Of a DNA stretch of 64,000 nt, positions 46,421-57,110 are shown in pieces; position 1 is the stretch's first letter; each line of letters begins with the position of its first letter. The stretch lies in IMG/VR virus record IMGVR_UViG_3300026484_000248, positions 34,711-98,710 of that record. One strand, written 5' to 3'. The notes under the pieces were generated by a model. It searched no databases, was not told the DNA's origin, and saw only the letters and a program-made list of their open reading frames with translations. The position numbers and the translations under genes were made by a program. Origin of the DNA: a virus (Duplodnaviria > Heunggongvirae > Uroviricota > Caudoviricetes).

Positions 46421-46992
46421 AAAGGCAGCTTAATAATGACAAAAACTGATATAGAAGAATTTGTTAATCCTAATACAGGAAGACTATCAACAAGAATTAA
46501 GTCATATACCGACTTAAGTATTGAAGAATTATACTGTATATATAATGAAATAGAAAAATTTTACTTATAACAAAGTTAGGTTGATTGTAAACAAACTATG
46601 TCAAGTTAATTTTAATGTAAATGTTCTATTACATTAGAAAAATTATTAAGCTCTTTTAATAAGAGCCGTTCTATATAGTAATATATAGAATAATTAACTA
46701 TTGAATTGCTGGGATCACTTGTTAGGTTCTAATACCACAATATATCTGAAAAGAGTATATGAAGGTTTAAAAAATTAGAAATAGAGTCAATCAGCAGCCA
46801 AGCTACTAAGTCCATATAGGATATGTAGAAGGTTCAACGACTATTCCGAAAGGAAGTACACTAGAAGTCTAGTGGAAGTGGTAGTTGCCCAATGTTTGGG
46901 CAAAGATATAGTCTAGTCTTTATGGAGACATAAAGCAGTTCATAAGAGAACGGGATAAGATTAACGACCTTATTCGAATAAATCGTCCAATG
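46421..46992 (+). mobile_element. group I intron 1 (A element 46700-46813, B element 46831-46945; 5' region holds a decayed endonuclease ORF)
   Basis: GAATTGCTGGGATCACTTG...AATCAGCAGCCAAGCTACTAAGTCC (P3-P6/J6-7-like, compare Tetrahymena CAGCCAAGUCCUAAGUC) is followed by GGTTCAACGACTATTCCGAAAGGAAGTA...GATATAGTC...GGAGACATAAAGCAG (P7 ACGACUA/UAGUC G-site, P9); the terminal ...CCAATG precedes the exon. Confidence 0.7.
46436..46570 (+). pseudogene. truncated endonuclease N-terminal module (44 aa) inside intron 1
   Basis: MTKTDIEEFVNPNTGRLSTRIKSYTDLSIEELYCIYNEIEKFYL matches the N-terminal IY..Y..IE module of 63104.. and 60099.. but stops before the zinc ribbon. Confidence 0.45.
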
Positions 46993-48298
46993 TTATAACT
47001 TTTTACAATATGCTAACAAGTTATTAGTTTCAAGAGCAGTAGATGCGAATGGTACGTTTAAGGATTCAGGAAATAAAATTTATGCAGTAAATGAAGACGG
47101 AAAAGTGGAAGTTACAAACGCTCCATATTATATCCAAGTCGGTTCTGTTGTTAAATTTAATCCAGATCAAGAAAACGAATATACTGTAACTGCTATTGAA
47201 GAACCAACAAAGGCTGTAAAGCAAGTTGATAAAATTAAAATTAATGCTGCTGAAGAAGTAGATTATACTGTTAAAAATAGAAATGAAAGTGTAACTTATT
47301 CTGCTGGTTCTGATGACACAGTTGAAGATATTGCGTCTAACTTAGGTTCTTTAATCGAAAGTATAGATACAAATGCTACTAATGTTGCTGTAGATGGTGC
47401 TGTTATTACAGTTACTGCTTCAATTGCAGGTGTTGCTATGACTAATGAAATTATTGCTGGTAATATGACTGTAACTACTACTACTGAAAATAGTGAAGGT
47501 GAGTCTTACGAGCTAGTATTTGCAGATGTTAATGGTCAAACTGTTGATTTTACACAAAAAGATCCTGATGGGAATATTATAAGTGGTGCTGATATAGGGG
47601 CTCCTGTACTTGTTAAATATGCGGCTCAAAATGCATTAGTATGTGCTCCAAGAGACGGTGCCACTTTAAAAAGTGCTCACGAGTTAAAACCTGAAGCAAT
47701 TCATATTGCAAATGAAGCAGATTATGAAGTACAAGAAATGAGTATTCCAGTTACTGGAAATTCAAAACTTAAATTTATGGCCAAATCAAGTGGTGCATTA
47801 ATGAATGGTATTGAAATTGCTATCGCAAGAGAAGCAGATTTCGCAAGTGGTTCACAAAATGTTTTTAACGGACTTGTATTAAATGATTTCTTTGAAGCTA
47901 AACCTTTAGAGTCTAAGAAAGAGATTGCAATTGTAATAAGAAAAGATAAAAAAGTTACTGCTTCTTACATTGTTTCATTAATTCCGGGTTCAAAAGATTA
48001 CAGAAATAAATCAAATTATATTGAAGATATTATCAACAAATATGATGAGTTAGTTTTTGTTAAAGATAATACAAGTATTAATGATTTACCAGATTCAAGA
48101 TTATATACTGCTGCTAAATTAGCATTAGACGGTACTATAATTACTCCTGCAAGTAATAAAGTTCTTTATACTTCAAATGGTGGAGACGGTTATGTAAACT
48201 TTGGTGATATTGAATTCGCATATGGTTCAGTTTCTGATAATACTATCTTTGGTAAAAGTGCTAATAATACGGATTCTTCTCCTATTAGCTATGCTGCT
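46993..48298 (+). CDS. tail sheath protein exon 2 (about 435 codons; begins within ..YNFLQYANKLLVSRAVDANG..)
   Basis: The open frame starts at 46982; FLQYANKLLVSRAVD matches T4 gp18 FLQYGNDLRVVRAVDR directly after the exon-1 homology; it ends ...SPISYAA followed by TAA and an intron A element. Confidence 0.75.
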
Positions 48299-50272
48299 TA
48301 ATCAAGTAATTGATTAATGAACATTCATCTAATTGCTGGAAACACTCGGTAAGTTTTGGGTACTCGTTTATGAAAATAAGCAGTGATAATCCTAAAAATA
48401 GAGTCAATCAGCAGCCAAGTTAATTCAAATAATAAAATAACAAACAAAAATTAAAAGATACTTTTGGTAGGGTATCTTTTAATTACTACTTTTTTCCTAT
48501 AATTCAATATTTGTAAATTTTTAACAGAAATGATATGGTATATCTATATGCATTTTTATATATGGTGCCTTCTTGAGAGTGTGAAAGTTTTAATTCTTGA
48601 ATTAAAGCATTGTAGTTAGAATCTAATTGTAAAGTGTCAGTAGTCATGGGGTGATTAACCTCTTATCTTTTGATTAATAATAGTCCTGTCACTGAAGTTT
48701 TATCTTAATTAAGCTCTCAACCGTGACTGAGAAAGAGCTTAATTAATATAAAACCTCTTATTTGTTTTATTTAAAAAAGTTATTTTAATCCAAATTCTTC
48801 TTTATCATATGCCTTTTGTAAAGCGTTAAAATATTCCTCTTTTGTATAATCTCCATATTCTTCACTATGTCTTTCTATATGTAATTCGGAATTTAATTAG
48901 ACTTTAAGACTTTTTAATGTATAATTATAATATATAAAGAGATATTTAAATTATTATTGTTAAAAATGTTAATTCAATGATATTGCTAATCCCTAATAAG
49001 GACTACGGAGTATTTAAGAAGAAGTAAGTTAAAAATGTTAATTCAATGATATTGCTAATCCCTAATAAGGACTACGGAGTATTTAAGAAGAAGTAAGTTA
49101 GACTGTTTAAGAAACAAACATTGACTTTTTGGATAACTTAAAATATTGCTAATCCCTAATAAGGACTACGGAGTATTTAAGTAGAAGTAAGTTAAAAATG
49201 CTAATTCAATGATATTGCTAATCCCTAATAAGGACTACGGAGTATTTAAGAAGAAGTAAGTTAGACTGTTTAAGAAACAAACATTGACTTCTTTGACTTC
49301 ATTGAATTGATATTTTTAACTATAATAATTTAATTCATCTAAAGTTTTTTTGAGATTGTGTTGCATCATAATTTTTAAACATTTTGTTCCTTTGAGTAGT
49401 ATTGGAAAATACTTAATTTTTAATGGCTAACAAGCGGATTTTATCTTCAATTATTTCTATGCTTTTCATTGCTTCTTCGGTATCCATTTCCCTTAATTCC
49501 TTTATTTTATCGTAATATCCCTTAAGTTTTATCTCAAAACTGCTTTCTAATAAAATTCCCTAAATGTTTTCATGATTTACCCTTTTATAGATATTATAAA
49601 TAATAATGTAGTGATAATATATGTATATGTATTATCCTCAAGTTATTTGAAATTAAAAGGTTCAACGACTATCCCGAGAGGGAGTAGGGCCAAGTGGTCC
49701 GAAATGGTGAATATCCTCACTACCAAAATAGAGGATAAAGATATAGTCTGATCTATATGGAGACATATAGCAATCTAATTTGTTATCAACGATTAGATTT
49801 TGGTATAAGAATTAACGAGCTTATATGAACATAAATGAACAAAGAAGAAGTTGATCAAAAAGAAATAATATACTAAAGGTAGTAGGTATATTTTTTTGTG
49901 GTCCTACTATATAGTAATATATAGAAAGAATTATTTGAATTGCTGGAACATCTTGATAGTTCCAAGTAGGATATTAGGCAGTGATGACCTAACGACCCCT
50001 AAAAATCTTGGAAATAGAGACAATCAGCAGCTAAGTTAATTAAAACGTTTTCAACAGAAGATAATTTACAAATTATACTCTTTGATAAATAGAAAAATGG
50101 ATTAATTAAAAAGTTCAACGACTATCCCGAGAGGGAGTAGGGTGCAAGTGCATTCGAAGCGGATAACATCCTGTATATCTAACAGGATGATGATATAGTC
50201 TAGTCTTTATGAAGACATAAAGCAGTTCATAAGAGAACGGGTTTGAAGTAACGACTCAAATTGAATACAACG
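48299..50272 (+). mobile_element. composite intron region: intron copy 2 (A 48328-48428, B 49659-49775, with 310-bp tandem repeats and ORF debris) followed by or nesting intron copy 3 (A 49935-50040, B 50112-50225)
   Basis: There are two full sets of A/B core blocks; no credible coding exon lies between B2 and A3 (stops in all frames within about 30 nt), suggesting a nested twintron-like arrangement or a decayed copy. Confidence 0.55.
48960..49290. repeat. tandem repeat inside intron 2: four copies of core ATATTGCTAATCCCTAATAAGGACTACGGAGTATTTAAGAAGAAGTAAGTT arranged as two ~125-bp double-units
   Basis: The repeat is visible directly: ...gttaattcaatgatattgctaatccctaataaggactacggagtatttaagaagaagtaagtt... 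occurs 4 times. Confidence 0.8.
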
Positions 50273-50366
50273 ATAGATATAGTTATTGCAAATGAAGCAG
50301 CGCGTACTCAGGCGGGAGCATTAGCATCAGATAGAGCGGATCAAAATTACGGTTCGGTTGCGGCGT
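50273..50366 (+). CDS. tail sheath protein small exon (..IDIVIANEAARTQAGALASDRADQNYGSVAA; boundaries approximate)
   Basis: It is a GC-richer coding island between intron B3 and A4; the frame is open only here; it ends AA followed by TAA like the other exons. Confidence 0.45.
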
Positions 50367-51676
50367 AAGCCTCAATGTAAAACTTATTTAATTGCCGGAA
50401 CATCTTGTTAGGTTCTAAGTACAATATTATCCTGAAAAGAGATAACGACCTGTAAAAATCTTAGAAATAGAGAAAATCGGCAGCGAAGATTCCAAAACAT
50501 AAAAACTTTGAGTTTGGTAGCCAAAGTTTTTATAAATAAATTAAAAAGGAGAATATTATGTTTAATAGAATATTAAATATTTTTAAACAATCTAATTTAG
50601 AAATAAAATCTATACAAAAATTAGAACAGTATATAAAATATTGTATTAAGAATAATAATCAAAAAAGAATAAAATTTGAAACTGCTCATCACCATATTCT
50701 ACCAAATGCATTATTTCCGGAGCTGAGCAATTTAAGAGATACTCCGTGGAACGGAGTATATCTTATGCATTTTGATCATTATTATGCTCATTGGTTGCTT
50801 ACTGAAGCATTATATTCTCCAAGTATGCTATTTGCTTTTTGTGCTATGCATAATAAAGATATAAAAAATAATAGATTGGAGGAAAAAGATCTTATAGCAA
50901 AAAGCGATTTTCAACTTAAAATGGAAGAAAGAGGGATTTATATTTCTTTAAACAATAAAAGAAGAGCAAAAGAAGGAACCTTATTCGGCGGATATAAATT
51001 TTGTAGACTTGAATCTGAGAAGAAAAGACAACAAACTCTAAGAAAAAACCCGGACATACAGCGTCAAATGACACAAAATCAGAAAAAAACTCTCAACGAC
51101 CCTGCTTGGAAAAGTTCTAAAGGAAAGGATAAAGTATCTAAATGGCAAGCTACCAGAAAATTAAAAACTGAGGATGACGAACTAAGAAGAATAGAGAAAT
51201 TTAAGGTATCGTTTGCCAAAAGTTTCGATAAAGAAAAGCACTATCAAAAAACATTAAAAGCAGCAAAGTTTAAAAATTTTTGTATATTTGACAAAAATGA
51301 TAATCTAGTTTACCAATATGAGGGTTTGCTGACAGAATTTTGTAAGAATAACAATCTACCAATACAAGCTCTTAAGAAATCAAGTAGAAATAGTCCTATT
51401 TATGCATCTAAAGCAGGACTACGAAACGCTAAAATTAAAGGTTGGGATAAATACGAAGGATATTACTTAGTTTTGGCATAACAATAGTCCGAAATGACTA
51501 TAAACTAGGAATAACGTTCAACGACTATCCTCAAAGGAGGAGTACACTAGAAGTCTAGTGGAAAAGGTAAGCATCCTTTTGCTACCAAAATAAAAAGGAT
51601 GAAGATATAGTCTAATCTATACTGAGAAGTATAGCAGTCGCTAAAACGACGGTATTATATGTAACGATATAATATG
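50367..51676 (+). mobile_element. group I intron 4 (A 50390-50492, HNH endonuclease ORF between core halves, B 51514-51648, terminal ...ATAATATG)
   Basis: It has the A variant AATTGCCGG...ATCGGCAGCGAAG and the B block CGTTCAACGACTATCCTCAAAGGAGGAGTA...GATATAGTC...GAGAAGTATAGCAG. Confidence 0.65.
50558..51481 (+). CDS. intron-encoded HNH homing endonuclease (paralog of 42216..43145 and 44007..45128)
   Basis: It has HHHILPNALF..NL....WNGVYLMHFDHYYAHW; the late promoter TATAAATA at 50531-50538 and an RBS AAAGGAG are upstream; it is located between the A and B halves of intron 4. Confidence 0.65.
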   Translation: MFNRILNIFKQSNLEIKSIQKLEQYIKYCIKNNNQKRIKFETAHHHILPNALFPELSNLRDTPWNGVYLMHFDHYYAHWLLTEALYSPSMLFAFCAMHNKDIKNNRLEEKDLIAKSDFQLKMEERGIYISLNNKRRAKEGTLFGGYKFCRLESEKKRQQTLRKNPDIQRQMTQNQKKTLNDPAWKSSKGKDKVSKWQATRKLKTEDDELRRIEKFKVSFAKSFDKEKHYQKTLKAAKFKNFCIFDKNDNLVYQYEGLLTEFCKNNNLPIQALKKSSRNSPIYASKAGLRNAKIKGWDKYEGYYLVLA

Positions 51677-51877
51677 AATATAAAGTGTATCTGTTTCATT
51701 GGAGCAAGGTTCGAAGATGTTGTTGGTTTACAAAGTGCTAAAATAGTTGAAAATCTTATTAAAGATGCTCAAACTGGTGAATTAAATAGTGGTAATACTG
51801 CTAACTCATTCAACGCATTTTTTGGTAACTACAAATATCAATACGACAAATTTAATGATAAATTCAGATGGGTTTTA
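51677..51877 (+). CDS. tail sheath protein exon (NIKCICFIGARFEDVVGLQSAKIVENLIKDAQTGELNSGNTANSFNAFFGNYKYQYDKFNDKFRWVL; boundaries approximate)
   Basis: It is the only open frame between intron 4 and intron 5; it is flanked 3' by TAA TAG and an A element. Confidence 0.45.
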
Positions 51878-52257
51878 TAATAGAAGCTCCGGTTTATAGT
51901 AATATAAACTTGAAAACGAATCTAATTGCTGGAACATCTTGTTAAACTTATATACCACAATATACCTGAAAAGAGTATATGACGGTTAGAAAAATATAAG
52001 GTAGAGACAATCAGCAGCCAAGCTACTAAGTTATATAAGGTAGATATAATATGTAGAAGGTTCAACGACTATTCCTGAAGAGGAAGTACAGTGCAAGTTT
52101 AATGGCGCTGGAAATGGTTCGCATCCCGAAACGGATGAAGATATAGTCTAAACTATGTGGGGACATATAGTGGTATATAAAAACAAGGACCAAAAAAAGT
52201 TTTTATATAAACCAGATCTTAAAGTTGCGTTTAAGATTGGAATATTTTTTATAATTC

Positions 52258-53520
52258 TTATTTCTCAAAAGAAGACAAGAGCTCTTCTTTTGTTATACTA
52301 CATTTTCTATTTTTAGATAAATTTTTGCCAGACACCAACATCTCCAAATTACATATATTACCTATAATATTAGCAGGCATATTTTCTTTAAATCCCTGAA
52401 AAATAGAGTACTTATGATCTAGATGATAATTGTCTACTTGTATGCCTCTTTTTTCTATGTTTTCGAGGACACTTAAATCATTTTGATTTGTATATCTCCA
52501 AACCAACCTAGTATAATCTTTAAAATCTTTTACTTGATCCTCAGTTATCCAATTACCTAGTTTTTCATTAGTTTCTTTCATCTTTAATGCACTTCTTTCA
52601 TAACTGTTTAGGCCATTTTCGTCTATGTTGTTTAGTTTTGATACTTTCGCTTTTAATGCCCCCCTTTCGTAACTGTTTAATCCTTTTTCGTCTATGTTGT
52701 TTAGTTTTGTTTGGTGTTTCTTTTGTAATGCAGATTTAGATGTGCATTTTTTTCTAGTGCTTTCCATTTGAAAGGAATTTTCAACTCCATATTTAAGTAA
52801 CATTGTTTGTTTTCGTAATTCTAAGTTTAATGAATGTTTTGAAGCGCACTGTCTTGAGCAATATTTTTTATATCCTTTTGCTACGGATACAAATTTTGAT
52901 TCCTTATTACAAAATAAACATTTATTTTTTTCTTGTGTATTCGTATTTTCCTTAAAGAAAATATGATAAATTTTTTCTTTAATTAATTTTTGTTGTAATA
53001 ATTTATGATTATTAATATATGGCATATATAATTTATATTCTTGTTCTAAATAATTTTTATAAAACCATTTTTTATTTAAGCGTTGTGTCTCTATTATAGT
53101 TCTACTATTGTTTGTACCAATTAAATGGTTTAAAACAAGTTCTTTAAATGAAATTAATGCTTTATTTTTCTTTATGCCTTTATTTCTTCCTTTTGTGTTA
53201 AATTTTGCTGAACAAGAAAGATTACAAAATTTCTTATAGCCCTTATTTACATCTATAAACTTTGTTTTTTCATCACAATATTTACAAGTAGAATATATAT
53301 AGTTTCTATCATTGGGATTTTCTCCAGAACTATTTTGTAATTTTTCTTCTAACAATTTATTTTCTCTCATAAACACAAAAAGTTTTTCTTGATTTTGAAA
53401 AATTTCAGAAAATTCTAGGGAATTTTTTATAAAAAATTCTTTGTTTAGTCTTTTAGTATTTATCTTGTTTTTTACATTATATAAATAATTTTGTATTATA
53501 TAAATTTTATTGGTAATCAT
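52258..53520 (-). CDS. HNH homing endonuclease (C-terminal HNH YHLDHKYSIFQG..N..NLEMLVSGKNLSKNRK; N-terminal zinc-ribbon repeats), encoded antisense within intron 5
   Basis: It has Cys4 modules (KFIDVNKGYKKFCNLSCSAKF; KFVSVAKGYKKYCSRQCASKH) and a 66-bp tandem in-frame duplication (KLNNIDE.GLNSYER.ALK x2) at about 52585-52720. Confidence 0.6.
   Translation of the reverse strand: MITNKIYIIQNYLYNVKNKINTKRLNKEFFIKNSLEFSEIFQNQEKLFVFMRENKLLEEKLQNSSGENPNDRNYIYSTCKYCDEKTKFIDVNKGYKKFCNLSCSAKFNTKGRNKGIKKNKALISFKELVLNHLIGTNNSRTIIETQRLNKKWFYKNYLEQEYKLYMPYINNHKLLQQKLIKEKIYHIFFKENTNTQEKNKCLFCNKESKFVSVAKGYKKYCSRQCASKHSLNLELRKQTMLLKYGVENSFQMESTRKKCTSKSALQKKHQTKLNNIDEKGLNSYERGALKAKVSKLNNIDENGLNSYERSALKMKETNEKLGNWITEDQVKDFKDYTRLVWRYTNQNDLSVLENIEKRGIQVDNYHLDHKYSIFQGFKENMPANIIGNICNLEMLVSGKNLSKNRKCSITKEELLSSFEK
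52585..52720. repeat. 66-bp tandem in-frame duplication inside HNH gene 52258..53520
   Basis: It encodes KLNNIDE(K/N)GLNSYER(G/S)ALK.K twice. Confidence 0.7.
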
Positions 53521-53580
53521 TTTGTTGGTCCTTAATTTTTACTTTTACTTATATAATCAAAAAGAATTATAAAAAAATTG

Positions 53581-53800
53581 TTCTGTAGCAGGTGATGTTG
53601 CTGGTCTTAGAGCTGATACAAATACTTCATTAAATACTTGGTGGGCATCTGCTGGTCTTGATAGAGGTCAAATAAAGAATGCACAAAAAATTTCTTTCAA
53701 TCCTAATTTGGGGCAAAGAGATTTCTTATATAAAAATAAGATTAATCCAATTGTTTCTTTTCCGGGTCAAGGGAATGCTATAAAATATTGTAGCGCAGCA
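53581..53800 (+). CDS. tail sheath protein exon (..SVAGDVAGLRADTNTSLNTWWASAGLDRGQIKNAQKISFNPNLGQRDFLYKNKINPIVSFPGQGNAIKYCSAA; boundaries approximate)
   Basis: It is an open frame between intron 5 and intron 6 with the sheath C-terminal-domain flavour (NPIVSFPGQG); it ends AA followed by TAG and an A element. Confidence 0.5.
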
Positions 53801-54150
53801 TAGTAATATGTTGTATAAATGAATCGAATTGCTGGGACATCTTGAAGATATAGTACACCACAATAATCAAGAAATTAGATTATGAAGGTTAGAAAAGATG
53901 CTATATAGAGAAAATCAGCAGCCAAGCTACTAAGTCCAATGGATAAGTAGAAGGTTCAACGACTATTCCGAAAGGAAGTAGGAATCAAGTGATTCCGAAG
54001 CGGTTCACATCCTAATATTAAGTTAAGGATGAAGATATAGTCTGACCTATGTGGAGACATATAGAAAATTAAATAAATGAAAAAATAAGGGATTTAATTT
54101 GGTTGTAAGTAACGATTACAATTTAACATATTTGAGTATGGGGTCAAAAG
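53801..54150 (+). mobile_element. group I intron 6 (compact, ORF-less; A 53825-53937, B 53953-54065)
   Basis: A and B blocks are adjacent; the 3' end is tentatively placed at ...TATTTGAGTATG by analogy with other copies. Confidence 0.55.
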
Positions 54151-54329
54151 ACTTTACAGAGTAAACCAAGTGCGTCTTTGAAAATGGTTTATATACATAA
54201 TTATAAAATTGGGGAGTTTTATAATTATGCAGAAGCAAGTAATAACTTTCTATTTATAAAGAATGATAAAATAAGCGTGATTACTTTCTCTTTTTACGCA
54301 AAAATAATCAGGCAGATATAGTATATAAA
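54151..54329 (+). CDS. tentative tail sheath exon (..GQKTLQSKPSASLKMVYIHNYKIGEFYNYAEASNNFLFIKNDKISVITFSFYAKIIRQI)
   Basis: It is a 60-codon open frame immediately after intron 6; it ends with GGCAGATAT|AGTATATAAAAATG, resembling the 5' junction of intron 6 (GCGCAGCAT|AGTAATATG); there is no homology support. Confidence 0.3.
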
Positions 54330-54573
54330 AATGATTAAAAAATGTAATGATTATAAAGTAATTAGTTGTAAATGTTAATTTCAAGACAAAATCGTTCTAA
54401 AATTAGAAATTATTAAGTAATATTTTGTTATAATAATTTTACTTTTATAAATACTATTATATATTTTAATTATGATATTTAGGGGTTTTGTCAGGCTCAC
54501 TCTAAATATCATAATTAAGATATAAAAAAATTAAACGAGCCTGACAGCCGTTTATAATTAACGGAGATTAACA

Positions 54574-55917
54574 ATGAGGCAAAATTTTATCAATTTATAT
54601 ACTGCAGAATTAAAAAGATTAAAAGATTCAGACGTACTAAATTTTGCTGACTTTAACAAAGATAAAATTCAAGCTATCAAAAAAATGCTGATTTTTTTCA
54701 ACACAACATCAGATAACGAGCTTAATAAATTGCCTTCTATCATATTAAAATTCAACAAAGATAATTATATTTCTAATCACGAGCTAAAATTTATACAAAC
54801 AAGATACTATCATCTAATTAAACATAATTCCATCAAAAATTCTAAGTCAAACAAAATTAACAAATCTTATTTATTTGGTTTTGTTGAAGAAACAATTAAA
54901 GGTTTTTGTGTTATAAAGGGTAATAAATTGCATAAAAATAATTCAGTTTATGAAAAAACAAAAGAATGTAAAAATTTTATGAGTAAAATAGTACATATGC
55001 TAAAGAGTTATGAAGATATCATTAAAGAACAAGACGAGAAACTTTTTATTAGAAGTATTAAGAAATTCAATAATGCTAAAATTCAACGTATAGAGCCAAA
55101 TAAAGATTACAAAGCACCGTTCTATTTTGAAAAAGATAGAATAGAAGCCATAAATTATCTACAAAATACAAATTTACTTATTCAAATACCGTCAAAAAAT
55201 GCTAACGGGAGATTATATAACCGATACTGGAATAAATTAAAAAAAGAAGACAAAATAAATTTACTGCCTTCTTATACTTCTTATGATATTAATACATCTT
55301 TATATCAATTTTTGTTGCTGGAGGCAAAGAAGCATAATTTAGGATACAGCAATGTAAAACACTATATAGAAAACAAACAAGAATTAAGACAATTCATCTC
55401 TAAAGATACATTTAATAGTTTGCCTTATCATATAGAAAAAGGATATAAAATTTATGGCCAACAGTATATACTAGATTTAAGTGAAGAAATAAAATGTATA
55501 TTAAATACTATATTAAAAGGTGATTCATTATTTAGTATGTATGAATCATGGGAATCAACGATTATACAAGATTTTATAGATAAAAATGGTTTAGATAACT
55601 ATGTTACAAACCATGATGAAATTCTAGTTCATAGTAAAGAGAAAGTATCTTATGTGCCTGGTATATTTGGTATAGAAACAGCCGAAGAAAGAAAAGAAAT
55701 AGTTAAGGTATATAATAGCAAAACTCAAGAAGATTTTATAAGAGAAAGAGAAGAAAGAATAAAAGAACAAGATAGAAGAAGTATTATTATTCATTACAAA
55801 GGTGTCTTAAAGAGAACAAAGAATTTTTATAAGAGACAAGGATACATATATAAAATTGAATCATTAAAGGTTTCTTTTAATGAAAATTTATTAACTGAAT
55901 CATTATTAATTTTCTAA
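54574..55917 (+). CDS. intron-associated ORF of unknown family (447 aa, Lys/Asn-rich)
   Basis: It is preceded by a strong hairpin GTCAGGCTCAC...CGAGCCTGACAGCC (54490-54548) and an RBS GGAG; no HNH, GIY-YIG or LAGLIDADG motif is recognisable by eye. Confidence 0.4.
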   Translation: MRQNFINLYTAELKRLKDSDVLNFADFNKDKIQAIKKMLIFFNTTSDNELNKLPSIILKFNKDNYISNHELKFIQTRYYHLIKHNSIKNSKSNKINKSYLFGFVEETIKGFCVIKGNKLHKNNSVYEKTKECKNFMSKIVHMLKSYEDIIKEQDEKLFIRSIKKFNNAKIQRIEPNKDYKAPFYFEKDRIEAINYLQNTNLLIQIPSKNANGRLYNRYWNKLKKEDKINLLPSYTSYDINTSLYQFLLLEAKKHNLGYSNVKHYIENKQELRQFISKDTFNSLPYHIEKGYKIYGQQYILDLSEEIKCILNTILKGDSLFSMYESWESTIIQDFIDKNGLDNYVTNHDEILVHSKEKVSYVPGIFGIETAEERKEIVKVYNSKTQEDFIREREERIKEQDRRSIIIHYKGVLKRTKNFYKRQGYIYKIESLKVSFNENLLTESLLIF

Positions 55918-55918
55918 A

Positions 55919-56236
55919 TTAATCTTCTAACGACAAAAATCCTTCATTACCCAAATAACATAAGAAATCTCTATAATCTAATTCATCTAGCCTTCCTTCT
56001 CTTTTCATATAATTTAGGTAAGTAAACATCAATTCCCTACTATATAAATTATAATCTTCTGGGTTCCTTGGGTTTTTTCCTGATTGTAAAAGTAAAAGCA
56101 ATTCTTTTAACCTTAATGAATTTTCTTCATCTATATTTGAATTCGAGTCTATATTTTTCATTATTTCTTTAATTTTTTTATCACTTATATTCTTTTCTAG
56201 ATTAAAAATATAATCCTCCATTTCGTTTTCTAACAT
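55919..56236 (-). CDS. hypothetical small protein encoded antisense in intron 7 region
   Basis: It is a 105-aa ORF convergent with 54574..55917. Confidence 0.3.
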   Translation of the reverse strand: MLENEMEDYIFNLEKNISDKKIKEIMKNIDSNSNIDEENSLRLKELLLLLQSGKNPRNPEDYNLYSRELMFTYLNYMKREGRLDELDYRDFLCYLGNEGFLSLED

Positions 56237-56639
56237 TATAAATCCTTTTTTAATATTTATAAATAATTATAAGTTATGTAGAAATATATAATGTGTTCTT
56301 TGTAAAAAGAAGCCTTTCATTATCTGTCAGGCGCACTTAAAACCCATTGAATTGCTGGGACATCTTGAAGATATAGTACACCACAATAATCAAGAAATTA
56401 GATTATGAAGGTTAGAAAAGATACTATATAGAGAAAATCAGCAGCCAAGCTTCTAAGTTATAGTATATAATACGAAGAAGGTCCAACGACTATCCTGAAA
56501 AGGAGTAGGAAACAAGTGTTTCCGAAGTGGTGGGAATTATTATATTATCTCCCCAGATAAATTTTATAATAATTGTGATATAGTCTGAACTTCTAAGGAG
56601 ACTTAGAGAATTTGTTTAACGAACAAATGTAACATAATG

Positions 56640-56986
56640 TTGACAGAATAAACTAATTGTTCTGTATAAATCCATTGAATTGCTGGGACATCTTGTTAGA
56701 CTTTAGTACCACAATATATCTGAAAAGAGTATATGAAGGTTAGAAAAACTAAAGGTAGAGAAAATCAGCAGCCAAGTTGTTAAGTAGAACTATTATTTAA
56801 TAATTCTATATACAAAAGGTTCAGAGACTATCCGAAAGGAGTAGGAACTAAGCAGTTCCGAAGTGGTGGACATCCAAAAGGGTGAAGATATAGTCCAATC
56901 TTTATGGAGACATAAAGCAAAAATTAATTAATTAATGAATAATTAATTTTTGATATTTGTGTTGCGAACAAATATTAATATGAATG
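56640..56986 (+). mobile_element. group I intron 8 (compact; A 56676-56785, B 56818-56920; terminal ...ATATGAATG)
   Basis: It has B variant GGTTCAGAGACTATCCGAAAGGAGTA; only about 37 nt separate it from intron 7, with stops in all frames, so a coding exon 8 is doubtful. Confidence 0.5.
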
Positions 56987-57110
56987 AAATGTTAGAGGTT
57001 TATTTAATACTTTAGAGCGAGCAATTAGTCGTATGGCTAAATATTACCTGAATTATAACGGGTACGGAATTAGTAATAATACCGAAGATTGTAACTATAA
57101 GCTAGTTGCA
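56987..57110 (+). CDS. tail sheath protein exon (..NVRGLFNTLERAISRMAKYYLNYNGYGISNNTEDCNYKLVA; boundaries approximate)
   Basis: It is a GC-richer open frame between introns 8 and 9; it ends A followed by TAG and an A element. Confidence 0.45.

Larger units (their letters stand above)
51878..53580 (+). mobile_element. group I intron 5 (A 51920-52032, B 52059-52174) with an antisense HNH endonuclease ORF downstream of the core
   Basis: Core blocks are as in other copies; the 3' boundary is inferred from the resumption of the sheath-like open frame at about 53573-53598. Confidence 0.5.
54330..56639 (+). mobile_element. group I intron 7 region (ORFs 54574..55917(+) and 55919..56236(-) upstream of core; A 56348-56460, B 56480-56610; terminal ...CATAATG)
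   Basis: The core blocks carry variants (GGTCCAACGACTATCC...GGAGACTTAGAGAA); the hairpin ATTTGTTTAACGAACAAAT lies near the 3' end; it may form a nested unit with intron 8. Confidence 0.45.

Noticed and set aside
48960-49290. Tandem repeats considered as a possible CRISPR array
   Set aside because: Units are 50-125 bp with no regular short spacers; they are arranged as nested direct duplications inside an intron and there is no cas context.
49838-49920. A coding sheath exon between intron copies 2 and 3, and between copies 7 and 8 (56640..56676)
   Set aside because: All three frames hit stop codons within 10-13 codons, and no phase combination joins the flanking exons without creating TAA; these are more likely intron-internal spacers (nested copies).
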